64,000 bases of DNA. Source: Candidatus Melainabacteria bacterium 17Bon1m. Its GTDB lineage: Bacteria > Cyanobacteriota > Vampirovibrionia > Obscuribacterales > Obscuribacteraceae. This document shows, in pieces, positions 18,944 to 29,088 of this stretch. Position 1 is the stretch's first letter. The number at the start of each line of letters is the position of its first letter. The translations under genes were made by a program, and so were the position numbers. The stretch is from positions 64,001 to 128,000 of the forward strand of contig JAVLKG010000001.1 in the NCBI GenBank assembly GCA_032128875.1, in the 5' to 3' direction. The notes beneath the pieces were generated by a model, which was not told the DNA's origin, made no database searches, and was given only the letters and a program-made list of their open reading frames with translations.

Positions 18944-19645
18944 TTACTCATTCTTTGATCTAATTCTGCTGTCCGAAGTGATTTGACCGTCGCGCATGCG
19001 CACAATTCGTGAGGCGCGATTTGCCACTTCGCCGTCGTGTGTGACCAAAATTACCGTGATCCCCTGCTCCACGAGGTCGTCGAAGAGAGCCATAATTTCT
19101 TCGGCGGTGTGGCTGTCTAATGCTCCTGTCGGTTCATCCGCGAGCAGAATTCGCGGCTTGTTGACGATGGCGCGGGCAATAGAAACCCGCTGCTGCTGCC
19201 CACCGGAGAGTTGCGTTGGGCGGTGGTACATGCGTTGTTCTAGCCCGACTTGCTGGAGAGCAAATTGCGCACGAATGGTCCTTTGCTCTTTGTCGACGCC
19301 CGCATAAACCAGAGGAAGCATCACGTTTTCGATAGCAGTCATCGAAGACAATAAATTGAACTGTTGGAAAACAAAGCCAATCGTTGTGTTGCGAATCGCA
19401 GCTAATTCGTCATCACTCAAATTGAAAACATCTTTGTGATTGAGCAAATATCGACCTTCCGTCGGTCTGTCTAAACAGCCGATTAAATTCATCAGCGTCG
19501 ATTTGCCGGAGCCGGACGTGCCCATTATCGCAACATAATCACCGTCTTCGATCGAGAGTGTTAGCTGCTTTAATGCGTATAGCGGCTCTTCACCCATCTC
19601 GTAGACGCGGCTTATGTCGTGGAGTTCGACAACGTTGTTGGCCAT
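18944..19645 (-). CDS. ABC transporter ATP-binding protein (MacB/LolD family)
   Basis: GTSGSGKS, GFVFQQFNL, LSGGQQQRV, LADEPTGALD, VTHD. Confidence 0.95.
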   Translation of the reverse strand: MANNVVELHDISRVYEMGEEPLYALKQLTLSIEDGDYVAIMGTSGSGKSTLMNLIGCLDRPTEGRYLLNHKDVFNLSDDELAAIRNTTIGFVFQQFNLLSSMTAIENVMLPLVYAGVDKEQRTIRAQFALQQVGLEQRMYHRPTQLSGGQQQRVSIARAIVNKPRILLADEPTGALDSHTAEEIMALFDDLVEQGITVILVTHDGEVANRASRIVRMRDGQITSDSRIRSKNE

Positions 19646-20871
19646 TACTCTGTCCTCAGGGCGACGATCGGATCAAGCAACGCGGCTTTTCGTGCCGGAT
19701 AGATGCCGAAGAAGAGCCCGATGCCGAAGGAAACCGCGAAGGCCAGAAATACCGAATACGGTGTGACGATACAAGTCCAGTTGGCGAAGCGCCCAATCCA
19801 GTCAGAGCCAAGCATGCCCAGCGCGATGCCGAGTAACCCACCAGTGACGGAAAGAATTATTGCCTCGAGAACGAACTGCCAGAGTATGTCGCCAAATTTC
19901 GCGCCGATTGCTTTTCTGATTCCAATTTCTCTAGTGCGCTCAGTGACCGACACGAGCATGATATTCATGATGCCGATGCCGCCTACGACAAGCGAGATAC
20001 CGGCGGTGGCACCAAGCAGCAGTGAAAAAACGCCGGTTATAGACTGCGCGGTCTGCATGATGTCCATTTGAGTGCGAATCTGAAAATCGTCTTGGTCTGG
20101 CGATTTTATGCCATGGCGCAGGCGAAGGAGATTGGTAATTTGAAACTGCGCCTGTAAATCTTGTCCATCTTTTGCGCGGGCCAAAACCATTTTTACGGCT
20201 TGCCCGGTTACGGTGTTTAGGCCAAATAGAGTGCTGTAGCCGGTTGTAATCGGAATGAAAATCTGGTCGTCCATGTCGGTCATTTGGTTAGCGCCTTTTT
20301 TCTCCATGACGCCAATCACCTGGAAGAGTTCTCCCCTAATCAAGATCTGCTTGCCGATGGCGGATTCATCAGGGAAAAGGTCTTCTCTCACGGTATCGCC
20401 AATCGCACATACGCGCGTGGCGTCTTTCATATCATCAGCTGTGAAAAAACGCCCTCGAGCCGGGTGAAAATTGCGCACCTCAGGATACGCAGGCTCCGTG
20501 CCTAATACGGTGGTAGAGGTGTTGTATTCACCGTGTTGAACCTGGAAAGAACTTTGATATTGTGCAGCTACTTCGTCGACAGAAGGGCAAGTGTCCTTGA
20601 TTGCTTTTGCATCTTCATACGTCAAAGTGGGCGCCGTTCCTTGCCCTTGAGAGATGCTAGCGGTGCTCGCAGCGCCTGGACGTACATATATAAGATTTAC
20701 GCCCAGGGATTGAACTTGTTTTTCAGCTTCTTTCTTTGCGCCTTCGCCGATACCCATCAGCGTAATTACTGATGCTATGCCGATGACGATGCCCAGTACT
20801 GTGAGGCTGCTCCGCAGCTTATTGCTCAAAATACCTTGCCAGGCAATATTGATTAGCTCTCTAAACCCCAT
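19645..20871 (-). CDS. ABC transporter permease (MacB/FtsX family)
   Basis: NKLRSSLTVLGIVIGIASV, GGIGIMNIMLVSVTERTREIGIRKAIGA, YPARKAA..DPIVALR. Confidence 0.95.
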   Translation of the reverse strand: MGFRELINIAWQGILSNKLRSSLTVLGIVIGIASVITLMGIGEGAKKEAEKQVQSLGVNLIYVRPGAASTASISQGQGTAPTLTYEDAKAIKDTCPSVDEVAAQYQSSFQVQHGEYNTSTTVLGTEPAYPEVRNFHPARGRFFTADDMKDATRVCAIGDTVREDLFPDESAIGKQILIRGELFQVIGVMEKKGANQMTDMDDQIFIPITTGYSTLFGLNTVTGQAVKMVLARAKDGQDLQAQFQITNLLRLRHGIKSPDQDDFQIRTQMDIMQTAQSITGVFSLLLGATAGISLVVGGIGIMNIMLVSVTERTREIGIRKAIGAKFGDILWQFVLEAIILSVTGGLLGIALGMLGSDWIGRFANWTCIVTPYSVFLAFAVSFGIGLFFGIYPARKAALLDPIVALRTE

Positions 20872-20888
20872 GCCGAGCGAGTCCTGTG

Positions 20889-22481
20889 CTAACGTCCGAA
20901 GCCGCGGGGAATCATGCCGCCGCCTGCTCCGCCGCGACCACCTCTGCCGCCCATTCCGCCGGGTCCGCCCATTCCGCCGCCGCGACCAAGATAGCCTTCT
21001 TTCTCGAGGTGTTCTTTAGACAAGCCTTTGAAAACGAAATCGCCTTCCTTCAATCCAGCCAGCACAACAATGTTTCTATCTACAGCCGCGCCGGTCTTAA
21101 CCTTCTTGAATTCAGGGTTTCCGTCTTTATCCGGAATGTAGACGCCTGTTTCTCCGCGGCGCGATACGACGCAAACGGCCGGTATCATGAGTGCGTCGTC
21201 TTGCTGTCCGACTAAGAACCCTGCACTGACGTTCATGCCGGAAAGCAGCTTATTGTCAGGGTCATCAATGATCTCGGCGTGTACTTCGAAAGTCGTCACG
21301 TTCATGGTCACGATTGCTGCCGGTGCAATTTGCGTCACTTTTCCATGGAAGGTTTTATCCGGGAAAGACGTTGCGACGATCTCAACCTCTTGTCCTATGC
21401 GGATCTTAGGCACATTCGCTTCAGAGACCTGCGCCACCATTTCTAGTCTTCCAGCAAGAGAGACGATAGAACTCGACGTAGCCGAGGTCGTGGCTGCGGA
21501 GGTTGTTGGCGTGACAATCGCACCTATGTCAGCGTACTTTTGCGTGATGATGCCGTCGAACGGAGCTTTGATACGCGTGTCATTGCGCAGGCTTTCCAAA
21601 TATTGCAGGTTGCCTTTTGACTGTTCGGATGAGTGATAAGCTGCTGAGATATCTTCTCTTCGGAATCCTGCTTGCATCAATTTGTATTGTTGCTCCAAAG
21701 CCTCGCTATCTGCCTGGCTCTGCGCTTTTGCTACTCGAGCCTGGGCGAGTTCGCGCTCAGCCGCATCGAGTTGAGCATGAGTTACTTGAGCTGCGGTCTC
21801 AGCATCGATACTTGTTTGCTCGGAAATTGCACCGCTCTTTGCCAGAAACGCTTGAGCCTTTGCAAATTGCTCGTTGCGCTTGAGCTGCGCCTTTAGCGCT
21901 TCCATTTGCGCGGACAATCTGCTGATGTTTTGTTCAGCATTGCGCACGCCTTCTCTGGCTCGCTGCTGCTGAAAGCGCGCTTGCAAAACTTCCTGCGGGC
22001 GATTGCCGTTTTTCATCTTATTGCTGTTGTCGACTGACGAGAGCCAAGCGCCGCGCGCCGCCTCGATTTGCCCAGCAAGGTTGCTGTCGTCCATCAACGC
22101 GATTACTTGTCCTTTCTTAACGCGGTCGCCTTGAGTTACATAGAGTTCTTTCAAAAGCCCGGTTTGCTTAGGGCTGATTTTGACTTCGCGAACCGGCTTT
22201 ATTAGTCCAGTTGCTATGACCTTCAAAGTGGCTGTGCCACGTTTTACCTGTGTCGCGTCTTTCTTCCATTCTTTATTTGTCTTCGGCGTCTGAGTGAAAA
22301 AGTAAGTGCCTGCGGCAGCAGCGACGACCACAACTGATGCGATTATCCAGATGCGTTTTTTGCCGCGTCTCTTCTTTGTAGCTTCCGGCCGTGCGCTTGT
22401 GGCGATATTCAATGATTCTGTTTCGCGACTTGCTTCGCGCGCTGCTTCTTTAGGATTCAAGAGCTGTTGCAACCAATTCAT
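20889..22481 (-). CDS. Efflux periplasmic adaptor (MacA/HlyD-type membrane fusion protein)
   Basis: N-terminal TM, lipoyl halves (VTQGDRVKKGQ, IKAPFDGII), long coiled coil, Gly-rich tail. Confidence 0.92.
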   Translation of the reverse strand: MNWLQQLLNPKEAAREASRETESLNIATSARPEATKKRRGKKRIWIIASVVVVAAAAGTYFFTQTPKTNKEWKKDATQVKRGTATLKVIATGLIKPVREVKISPKQTGLLKELYVTQGDRVKKGQVIALMDDSNLAGQIEAARGAWLSSVDNSNKMKNGNRPQEVLQARFQQQRAREGVRNAEQNISRLSAQMEALKAQLKRNEQFAKAQAFLAKSGAISEQTSIDAETAAQVTHAQLDAAERELAQARVAKAQSQADSEALEQQYKLMQAGFRREDISAAYHSSEQSKGNLQYLESLRNDTRIKAPFDGIITQKYADIGAIVTPTTSAATTSATSSSIVSLAGRLEMVAQVSEANVPKIRIGQEVEIVATSFPDKTFHGKVTQIAPAAIVTMNVTTFEVHAEIIDDPDNKLLSGMNVSAGFLVGQQDDALMIPAVCVVSRRGETGVYIPDKDGNPEFKKVKTGAAVDRNIVVLAGLKEGDFVFKGLSKEHLEKEGYLGRGGGMGGPGGMGGRGGRGGAGGGMIPRGFGR

Positions 22482-22540
22482 AGATGTAAACAGTAATGAT
22501 TAAATCGACGCAGTCCCGAAAAACATGTTCCGTACATATT

Positions 22541-24541
22541 CTAGTATTGCAAACTGCCCGCAGAACTAATTTTTGGCGGTTTTGTCGTCGTTAGCGCCCC
22601 CACCGAAATCATACCTGTATCTCGCAGAAGCTGAGCCTGCGAAATGTTGTAGGCGATAATCGCCTGAGCCTGTGAGGTCAAAGAGTTGATGTAGTCTCTC
22701 TGCGCTTGGATAAGCTCCAAGTTGATGCCCTGCCCGTAGCGCAGGCGCAGGTTGGCGAGGCGGAGCTGTTCGCTGGATGAAAAGACCGCTTCTCCGGCGA
22801 CGTCGACCTGTTCGGACGCCGTGAGCATATTGAGGTACGAGTTGTGGATTTCCTGGAGAACACTCAGAAGAGTCTGGTTCGACTGGAGCATTGCCTGGCG
22901 AGCTAGCGCTTTTGCGGAGAGTGTTCGCCCTACATCCACTACGCCCATTCCGTCCAAGTTCCAGCTCAAATCGAAGCCGCCGCTGAAGGATCTGCCGCCG
23001 TTTCCGCTAATGCCGATGCCGCCGCCGCCGCCACCGGTTGGGATGATGACGGTTGAGCCGGAAAGACCGGAGTTATTGCCACTGCCGCTGCCATTGCTGC
23101 TGACTGTGCTGTGAGTCTTTGATACGAAGAATTGGAATGTCGGGTAGAGCGGTGAGGCAGCGACTTGAACGTTGCGCCGAGCGGCAATTCTCAGCTCTTC
23201 AAACTGCTTTAGTTCTGGACGTCTCTTCGACGCAACCGAAACCAATTGATTTATGTTCCATTCTTGGTCGACCAACTTAGCTTCTACTGCTCGCAATTCT
23301 TCTGGATAGATGTTCGACGAAATATTTGCATTCATTGCGACCGCTAACTGAATCGCGGACTGACGAACAAGAACTTCCTGCTGGAGAAGCGCCTGTTTGT
23401 CGAGCGCCAACTGGGTTCGCGACTGATAGATCGCAAAATTGGTACCGACGCCTGCCTCTTTCAACTGCTCGTTGAGGGCCAGCTGCGCGCGCGACAATTC
23501 CACTGATTTCACGCGGATTTGCAGGAGCACATGGTTGAGGATCAGCTCGTTATAGCGACGATAGACCTCGAGCAATGTGTCATTCACAGTGGCTCTATAA
23601 CTGCTTTTCGCCGCTTTTGTTCTATTCAAATTTACGAGCGCATTGTAAAAAACACCTCCGCCCTGAAAGACCGGAAAACGCACCGTAGTTGAATCCGTGA
23701 AGGTATTTGTGATGGGCGGTCTTTGACTGTCGACCTGTTGGTAGCGGAAAGTCTGAGTGAAATCAGGTAAAAACTGACCAAGCGAGCTCACGAACAAATA
23801 CTTTTGCGAATCGAAGCCGGCGTCGGAGATGCGGATAGGAAGGCTGTTGTAGAGCGCGTAATTGAGGCAGTCTTTGAGTGGAACGATTTCATTGTAGGAA
23901 GCTTCGAGTCTGATCGCAGGCAGCTTCCGTTTACCGATCGGCAAAAGTTGTGACATCGGAACAGGGTCGAGTGTAACCTCTCGCGCCTTCTCCAGGTCCT
24001 GTCCTTGCAGCTGCGGATCGCTGGATACGCCCGTGAATGGGGCGCGCGGAGTTGGCGTCGGATACAAATCCTCGAGTTTCGTTCCGGCAGGAGGGTTCGT
24101 GAGGAAACCCGTAGGTGGCGGCGTAGAAGTCGGCGGTGCCGGAATGTCCTGCTGGGCACGCGCCGCGGGATCCGTCAGGGTTTTTTGCAGAGCCGGATCC
24201 GTTTGAACTTTATTCAGATAAGCGTCTTCTTGAGATTTTTGAATCGCCGGATCGACACCAGAATTTGGTCGAATCCATCGCGGCGACTGCGATTGGACCA
24301 AAAGCGGATTCACGCGTGATTTCAATAGTGCCGGGCTAGTCACAGTGGAGGGCTGACTGGCTGCCGAATTGGTTAGTCCGGCATTGGTGTCGGCCGCTCT
24401 TCCTTGAGGCGTTGCTCCAAGCAGGGCCAGGGTTGCCGCCGTCAGAATGAAAGGTGTCGTCCGCAGTGAAGTGGTCATGTTTCCAGATGGGAGCCCAAGA
24501 CTTTGAATATCCTGACAAGTGCCAAGTTGTTCGAGCCCCAC
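22541..24541 (-). CDS. TolC-family outer membrane efflux protein
   Basis: Signal peptide (probable start ATG 24478), Pro-rich N-terminal extension, two OEP repeats (RRPELKQ, LRYGQGINLELIQAQ). First gene of the MFP/ABC operon. Confidence 0.88.
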   Translation of the reverse strand: MGLEQLGTCQDIQSLGLPSGNMTTSLRTTPFILTAATLALLGATPQGRAADTNAGLTNSAASQPSTVTSPALLKSRVNPLLVQSQSPRWIRPNSGVDPAIQKSQEDAYLNKVQTDPALQKTLTDPAARAQQDIPAPPTSTPPPTGFLTNPPAGTKLEDLYPTPTPRAPFTGVSSDPQLQGQDLEKAREVTLDPVPMSQLLPIGKRKLPAIRLEASYNEIVPLKDCLNYALYNSLPIRISDAGFDSQKYLFVSSLGQFLPDFTQTFRYQQVDSQRPPITNTFTDSTTVRFPVFQGGGVFYNALVNLNRTKAAKSSYRATVNDTLLEVYRRYNELILNHVLLQIRVKSVELSRAQLALNEQLKEAGVGTNFAIYQSRTQLALDKQALLQQEVLVRQSAIQLAVAMNANISSNIYPEELRAVEAKLVDQEWNINQLVSVASKRRPELKQFEELRIAARRNVQVAASPLYPTFQFFVSKTHSTVSSNGSGSGNNSGLSGSTVIIPTGGGGGGIGISGNGGRSFSGGFDLSWNLDGMGVVDVGRTLSAKALARQAMLQSNQTLLSVLQEIHNSYLNMLTASEQVDVAGEAVFSSSEQLRLANLRLRYGQGINLELIQAQRDYINSLTSQAQAIIAYNISQAQLLRDTGMISVGALTTTKPPKISSAGSLQY

Positions 24542-24797
24542 AAGATCCTAGCAGTGAAGCCGTAACAAAGACATGCAATCCTGAAATTCAGCCAGCTTTT
24601 TCTTGAAATGGGCGTGAGCTATGCAAATTCGGCGGTTTACGAATACTCCGACGTGCTTATGGCAGGGGCTGTTCCGCCTTGAATCTAAGTCTTCGTTAAG
24701 CATGTAGCTTCGCAGTTGCTTGTTGTCGAGAGGGTGAATTGGTTATGATCTCTGCAATAGCCCATAAGAGCACAGGATACTTAATTCCAAATTCACT

Positions 24798-25745
24798 ATG
24801 GCAACGCAGAATCGAGACATTCAAGGAATTCTTCAGGGACTTTTCAATTTCTCTGTCGCAAAGAAATTGCGCTGGTATTTGCTAGTCATTGCGGCCTGCT
24901 CGTCTATCATCGCAATCGTCTCACCGCAGTTGATTGAAGGCAAAAGAGTTATGGAGGCAAACTCCAGTCTTTTCGCCGGAATTATTCTCTCGATGTTGCT
25001 CGTCTTCCGTACCAACAGCGCATATGACAGATGGTGGGAAGGGCGACGCGCTTGGGGGCAACTGGTTAATGATTTGCGAAATCTTTCCATCAAGTACTAC
25101 GAGTTTGTTCGCCCTAATTTGCAAGAGCGCGAAATCTTTGCCGCTCTCCTGATTCGCTTTGCCGTGGGAATGAAGGATCACCTGCGCCTTCTCGATTCGT
25201 CGCACTCGCGAGCACCTGAATGCGACAATCCGGTGAGCGAGCATCCAATGCTAATAGTGGAAGAGATTTATGCCGTGCTCGATCAAAAACGGCGTGAAGG
25301 ACGGCTCAATGACCTGATGTTCAATGTGGTCGATCCACATGCGCGTGCTCTCCTCGATATTCTTGGAGCCTGTGAACGCATCGCGACCTCACCGATTACA
25401 GAGTCGCACAAGAGCATCATCTTGCATATCATCGTCACTTACTTGCTGTTCGTTTCCTTCGCTTTGGCTCCGGACTTCGGCATGTGGAGCGTGCCGGTCG
25501 TGCTCGTTGGTGCGTACATGGTGCTAGGTCTTGAGATTGTCGCTGAGGAGAAGGAGCATCCGTTCGGCACTGCTGAAGAGGATTTACCACTGGACAGAAT
25601 CTGCAACAACATTGAGCGCTCTGTCAACAAACTCCTTCTTTGTGACAGCCTGTTAGAGCGAGACATCGAATGGGGGCATACTGTCCGTGTTTTGCAAAAC
25701 TCTGATATTGAGCTGTTGCCCAAACAAGCAACGAGATCGGTTTAG
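24798..25745 (+). CDS. Bestrophin-family ion channel (YneE-like)
   Basis: LLVFRTNSAYDRWWEGR..WG.LVN, GACERI..PI, E.PFG..DLPLD. Confidence 0.9.
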   Translation: MATQNRDIQGILQGLFNFSVAKKLRWYLLVIAACSSIIAIVSPQLIEGKRVMEANSSLFAGIILSMLLVFRTNSAYDRWWEGRRAWGQLVNDLRNLSIKYYEFVRPNLQEREIFAALLIRFAVGMKDHLRLLDSSHSRAPECDNPVSEHPMLIVEEIYAVLDQKRREGRLNDLMFNVVDPHARALLDILGACERIATSPITESHKSIILHIIVTYLLFVSFALAPDFGMWSVPVVLVGAYMVLGLEIVAEEKEHPFGTAEEDLPLDRICNNIERSVNKLLLCDSLLERDIEWGHTVRVLQNSDIELLPKQATRSV

Positions 25746-25762
25746 TTACGCGGGATAGAAAA

Positions 25763-26605
25763 TTGCAAGTAGTAGAAACACAAAAAAACGAAGTCCCAAG
25801 TATAAAAGTGAATGCAGTAGATAAGGTCTACTCCATTTGGTTTTTGACCTATTTCATTCTCTCCTCGATTTTTTTCAACGCCATTACTGCGCTGATAACG
25901 CTTGTCACGTTCCCCTTTGATAAACGAAGACGCCTTGTTCATATGGCGTCTTGTGTTTGGGGTTCACACTATCTGTATATGAACCCATTCTGGAAGTACA
26001 AGGTAGAAGGCGCTGAGCACATCGATCCAAACAAGACTTACATCATCATTGGAAATCACTCTTCGTACTTCGACATTCTTGTGTGTTATACGTTGTTCCG
26101 CTGTTTCAAGTTCGTATCGAAAGAAACCATTTTCAAGATTCCGCTGATTGGATGGAACATGTATTTGAATGAGTACGTGAAAATTCGGCGCGGCAATTTG
26201 TCGTCCATTAAAGAGATGATGGCAGTCTGCAAGAACTGGCTCAAAATGGACGCATCGGTCATGATGTTTCCCGAAGGAACGCGAACAGAAACAGGTGAAT
26301 TGCTGGCATTCCGCGCAGGTTCTTTCAACCTGTCGCTCGAACTTGGAGTGCCGATCGTTCCCATCGTGATCTACGGAACCTATGAGGTGTTTCCCAAAGG
26401 TCGCAACGTAGTCAAAATGCAGCAGACAATTCGAGCAAAAGTCTTGCCTCCACTAATGCCTGAAGACTATGCTGGTAAGCCTGGCAAGATGAAAGATGAC
26501 GCTTTCAAATTGATGAGCGACACATTGCACGAAATGCGTTCGCAATATCAAATCGGCACCACGGCCGGTGCTGAAGAGAAGCTGGTCGGAACGAAAAAAG
26601 ACTAG
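25763..26605 (+). CDS. plsC: 1-acyl-sn-glycerol-3-phosphate acyltransferase (PlsC family)
   Basis: NHSSYFD (HX4D), FPEGTR, VPIVPI. Confidence 0.85.
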   Translation: MQVVETQKNEVPSIKVNAVDKVYSIWFLTYFILSSIFFNAITALITLVTFPFDKRRRLVHMASCVWGSHYLYMNPFWKYKVEGAEHIDPNKTYIIIGNHSSYFDILVCYTLFRCFKFVSKETIFKIPLIGWNMYLNEYVKIRRGNLSSIKEMMAVCKNWLKMDASVMMFPEGTRTETGELLAFRAGSFNLSLELGVPIVPIVIYGTYEVFPKGRNVVKMQQTIRAKVLPPLMPEDYAGKPGKMKDDAFKLMSDTLHEMRSQYQIGTTAGAEEKLVGTKKD

Positions 26606-26626
26606 ACTCGAATCTGCTGTTTAAGT

Positions 26627-27763
26627 TTAATCTCTTTGCTGGCAGTTGCGGTAGACGCTGACGATAGCAGTTAGTGCATTCCGGTCACCAACTTTCTTGC
26701 CGAGCGTCATTGCGCGTTCAAGAACTTTCCTTGCTTCTCCATAATTGCCGTTGTTATACAGTGCAGCTCCGCAGTTGTAGTATGCCGCCATGAGATTGTC
26801 GGATGCAGGACTGTATGAGCTGTCCAGCCGCAAGATTTCATTCAATACGATAATCGCAGAGCCGCTGTCGCCGTTGGTGATGCAATTGGCTGAGGCTCTG
26901 CACAGCTCGTGGCACGTATTGCGCAGATCCAATCCTTTGGCTCGGACGCCGTCGATGATTTTCTTCGCCGCATAGACGACATTCATTGTTGTGCCGTCGC
27001 GCGCGGTCAAGCTTACGTTGGGATTCTCCGGCACTACTTCGGACATGTCACCAGGTTTTGTGTTCGGAATGAGAACGGTTTTGTACATCACATCCGCTCT
27101 TCTAACACTATGTCCGAGTCCGAGCGCGTGTCCAAGTTCGTGCATAGAAGCCCATCGCATCGCTTTCAAACCCAAGTGCCTCTTGTCGAAAGTCGTGAGC
27201 ATCGAAATCTTTGCGTGATCAATTCCTTCTCCGGGAATTACTTTCGGCCACGTCGCGCCGATTGCATTAGTGTGTGAGAGGTCCGGCGTTAGTTCCGTCG
27301 TCCAATTGACTTCGATATCCGAGTCCGTCTGTTGCTCAACAATCTGAAAGCAAATTCTATTTTCTGTTGCTTTCGCCCATTCGTCGCAGGCTGTTTTGAA
27401 TTCATCTACGTAGCGAGCGTCATATCCTGGCACTTCATCCGACGGATGAAAGTAGACCTTAAGAGGCATACGTTTGCTTTGCCAGGATTCCATGAATTCC
27501 ATGCCGGCGACGTAATTGTCTGTTGGACTTTGTAGCAGCCGGTCCGGTGCTCGCCGTGCCTGTTGTGGTCTGCGAGCTGCAGGCGCCGCGGTTGCGGTAA
27601 CAGTTGTGTTTAGAAGCGAAGAGCAAAAAACGATAAGTAGAACAGGGATTCCTGCGCAACTCAATGCAGAGGCGCGACCAGCGCACGAGCGTGCGGGCCA
27701 AAGTCTCGGGTTCATATTTGGTTTTTGTCCTGGCGAACTACTAAAAGGGCGTCCGCCACACAC
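26627..27763 (-). CDS. Matrixin-family metalloprotease with C-terminal TPR-like helices
   Basis: HELGHALGLGHS plus Met-turn DVMY. The C-terminal AYYNCGAALYNNGNYGEA is TPR-like. Start uncertain. Confidence 0.85.
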   Translation of the reverse strand: MCGGRPFSSSPGQKPNMNPRLWPARSCAGRASALSCAGIPVLLIVFCSSLLNTTVTATAAPAARRPQQARRAPDRLLQSPTDNYVAGMEFMESWQSKRMPLKVYFHPSDEVPGYDARYVDEFKTACDEWAKATENRICFQIVEQQTDSDIEVNWTTELTPDLSHTNAIGATWPKVIPGEGIDHAKISMLTTFDKRHLGLKAMRWASMHELGHALGLGHSVRRADVMYKTVLIPNTKPGDMSEVVPENPNVSLTARDGTTMNVVYAAKKIIDGVRAKGLDLRNTCHELCRASANCITNGDSGSAIIVLNEILRLDSSYSPASDNLMAAYYNCGAALYNNGNYGEARKVLERAMTLGKKVGDRNALTAIVSVYRNCQQRD

Positions 27764-27913
27764 TATTACTTTCGCGCGAGGTTTCCAATAGGGTTTTCCC
27801 TATCTCGCACATCAGAGTTCTGGGAGCTTTCGCGTTTAATCTTTGAGCCAAACTCTTGCCACATAAAAAGTTCAAGGTGACGGTGGAAACCCTTCTCTTT
27901 TTTGTGAGGAAAC

Positions 27914-28489
27914 ATGGCGGAAGCGGACTTTTGCGCATCCATTGCGCAGGCGACTCAACCCCAGGCGACAATTAGTAAATCATCTGCTGGAAAAGCCTTT
28001 CCTTCAGCGGCAGATGGCGCCTCTAGCTTCGTATATCTTGGAGAACTCGAACAGCTGGTCGGGCTGTGCGCCTGGTGGGCTTTTAAGACCTGGGGTAAGT
28101 ACAATCGGGCATACACTTTCACGAAGAGAATAGAGAGTTTCGCGCAGCACTGCAATCTCGACGAAATCCCATTCACTGTTTTGTACTTGAGTGAAGAAGG
28201 GTTGCCGCTCGGTATGGCGTCACTTCGGCCGAACGATGGCATTAGACCCGAGGTCGGTCCTTGGCTTGGAAGCGTGTATGTCGACCCGTCGGTTCGTCGT
28301 CTCGGCATCGGCGCGCAGCTTGTGAAAGAGATTGAGCGTAAAGCGAAGGAGATTGGATACGACAAAATCTACCTTCTTACCTACGAAGAAACGCTTCCGA
28401 ATTGGTATCTGAAGTTGGGTTGGAAAGAAGTCGGTGAAGACGTATGTCACGGCAATCCAGTCACCGTGATGGAAATCGATTTGAAATAA
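27914..28489 (+). CDS. GNAT N-acetyltransferase
   Basis: PWLGSVYVDPSVRRLGIGAQLV acetyl-CoA motif, WYLKLGW. Confidence 0.88.
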   Translation: MAEADFCASIAQATQPQATISKSSAGKAFPSAADGASSFVYLGELEQLVGLCAWWAFKTWGKYNRAYTFTKRIESFAQHCNLDEIPFTVLYLSEEGLPLGMASLRPNDGIRPEVGPWLGSVYVDPSVRRLGIGAQLVKEIERKAKEIGYDKIYLLTYEETLPNWYLKLGWKEVGEDVCHGNPVTVMEIDLK

Positions 28490-28496
28490 ACCGCGA

Positions 28497-28946
28497 CTAC
28501 TTCTTCAGAGCTGGCTCTTTCTTCATTGCGTCGATGCGCTTTTGCAATTCTTGGTGGCTCACTGTTTCTTTGTGGGTCGCAATCCACCAGTAGTTGCCCC
28601 ATTGATCTTGCACACCGCCGGAGCGATCGCCATAGAATTGGTCGGCTGGTTTGTGAACGCATGTCGCGCCGTTCTTCAAGGCGCGATGGTATGTAACGTC
28701 AGTATCTTCAACGTAGACATAAATTCCTGCGGGCATTGCTTTATATTCTTCGCACGCTTCGCCGAGCATCAATTTAGAATCTCCGATTCTGATTTCCGCA
28801 TGCGCGATTTTGTCGCCATTACGAAAGCACTCAGTGGTGCTGCCGTCAAAAGTTTTTTCGACGAATTCAATGAACTTGGCTGCATCTTTGACGATCAAGT
28901 AAGGGGTCAGCACATGTTGTCCTTCTGGAATCCACTTCTTTTGCAT
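28497..28946 (-). CDS. VOC/glyoxalase-bleomycin resistance family protein (PhnB-like)
   Basis: LTPYLIVKDA, HAEIRIGDS, DQFYGDRSGGVQDQWGNYWWI. Confidence 0.92.
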   Translation of the reverse strand: MQKKWIPEGQHVLTPYLIVKDAAKFIEFVEKTFDGSTTECFRNGDKIAHAEIRIGDSKLMLGEACEEYKAMPAGIYVYVEDTDVTYHRALKNGATCVHKPADQFYGDRSGGVQDQWGNYWWIATHKETVSHQELQKRIDAMKKEPALKK

Positions 28947-29088
28947 GAGTGATATCTCCTAACTCGAATGCGGTATGGCGAGCAATTGTGCGTCGCCTTA
29001 TGCACAAGAACGGCACCAGCCGCCCAGGTAAGGCGTCATTTTAACCGTTCGTACTACCGTTCGTGTTGCCTGACAACGAGGTTTAACG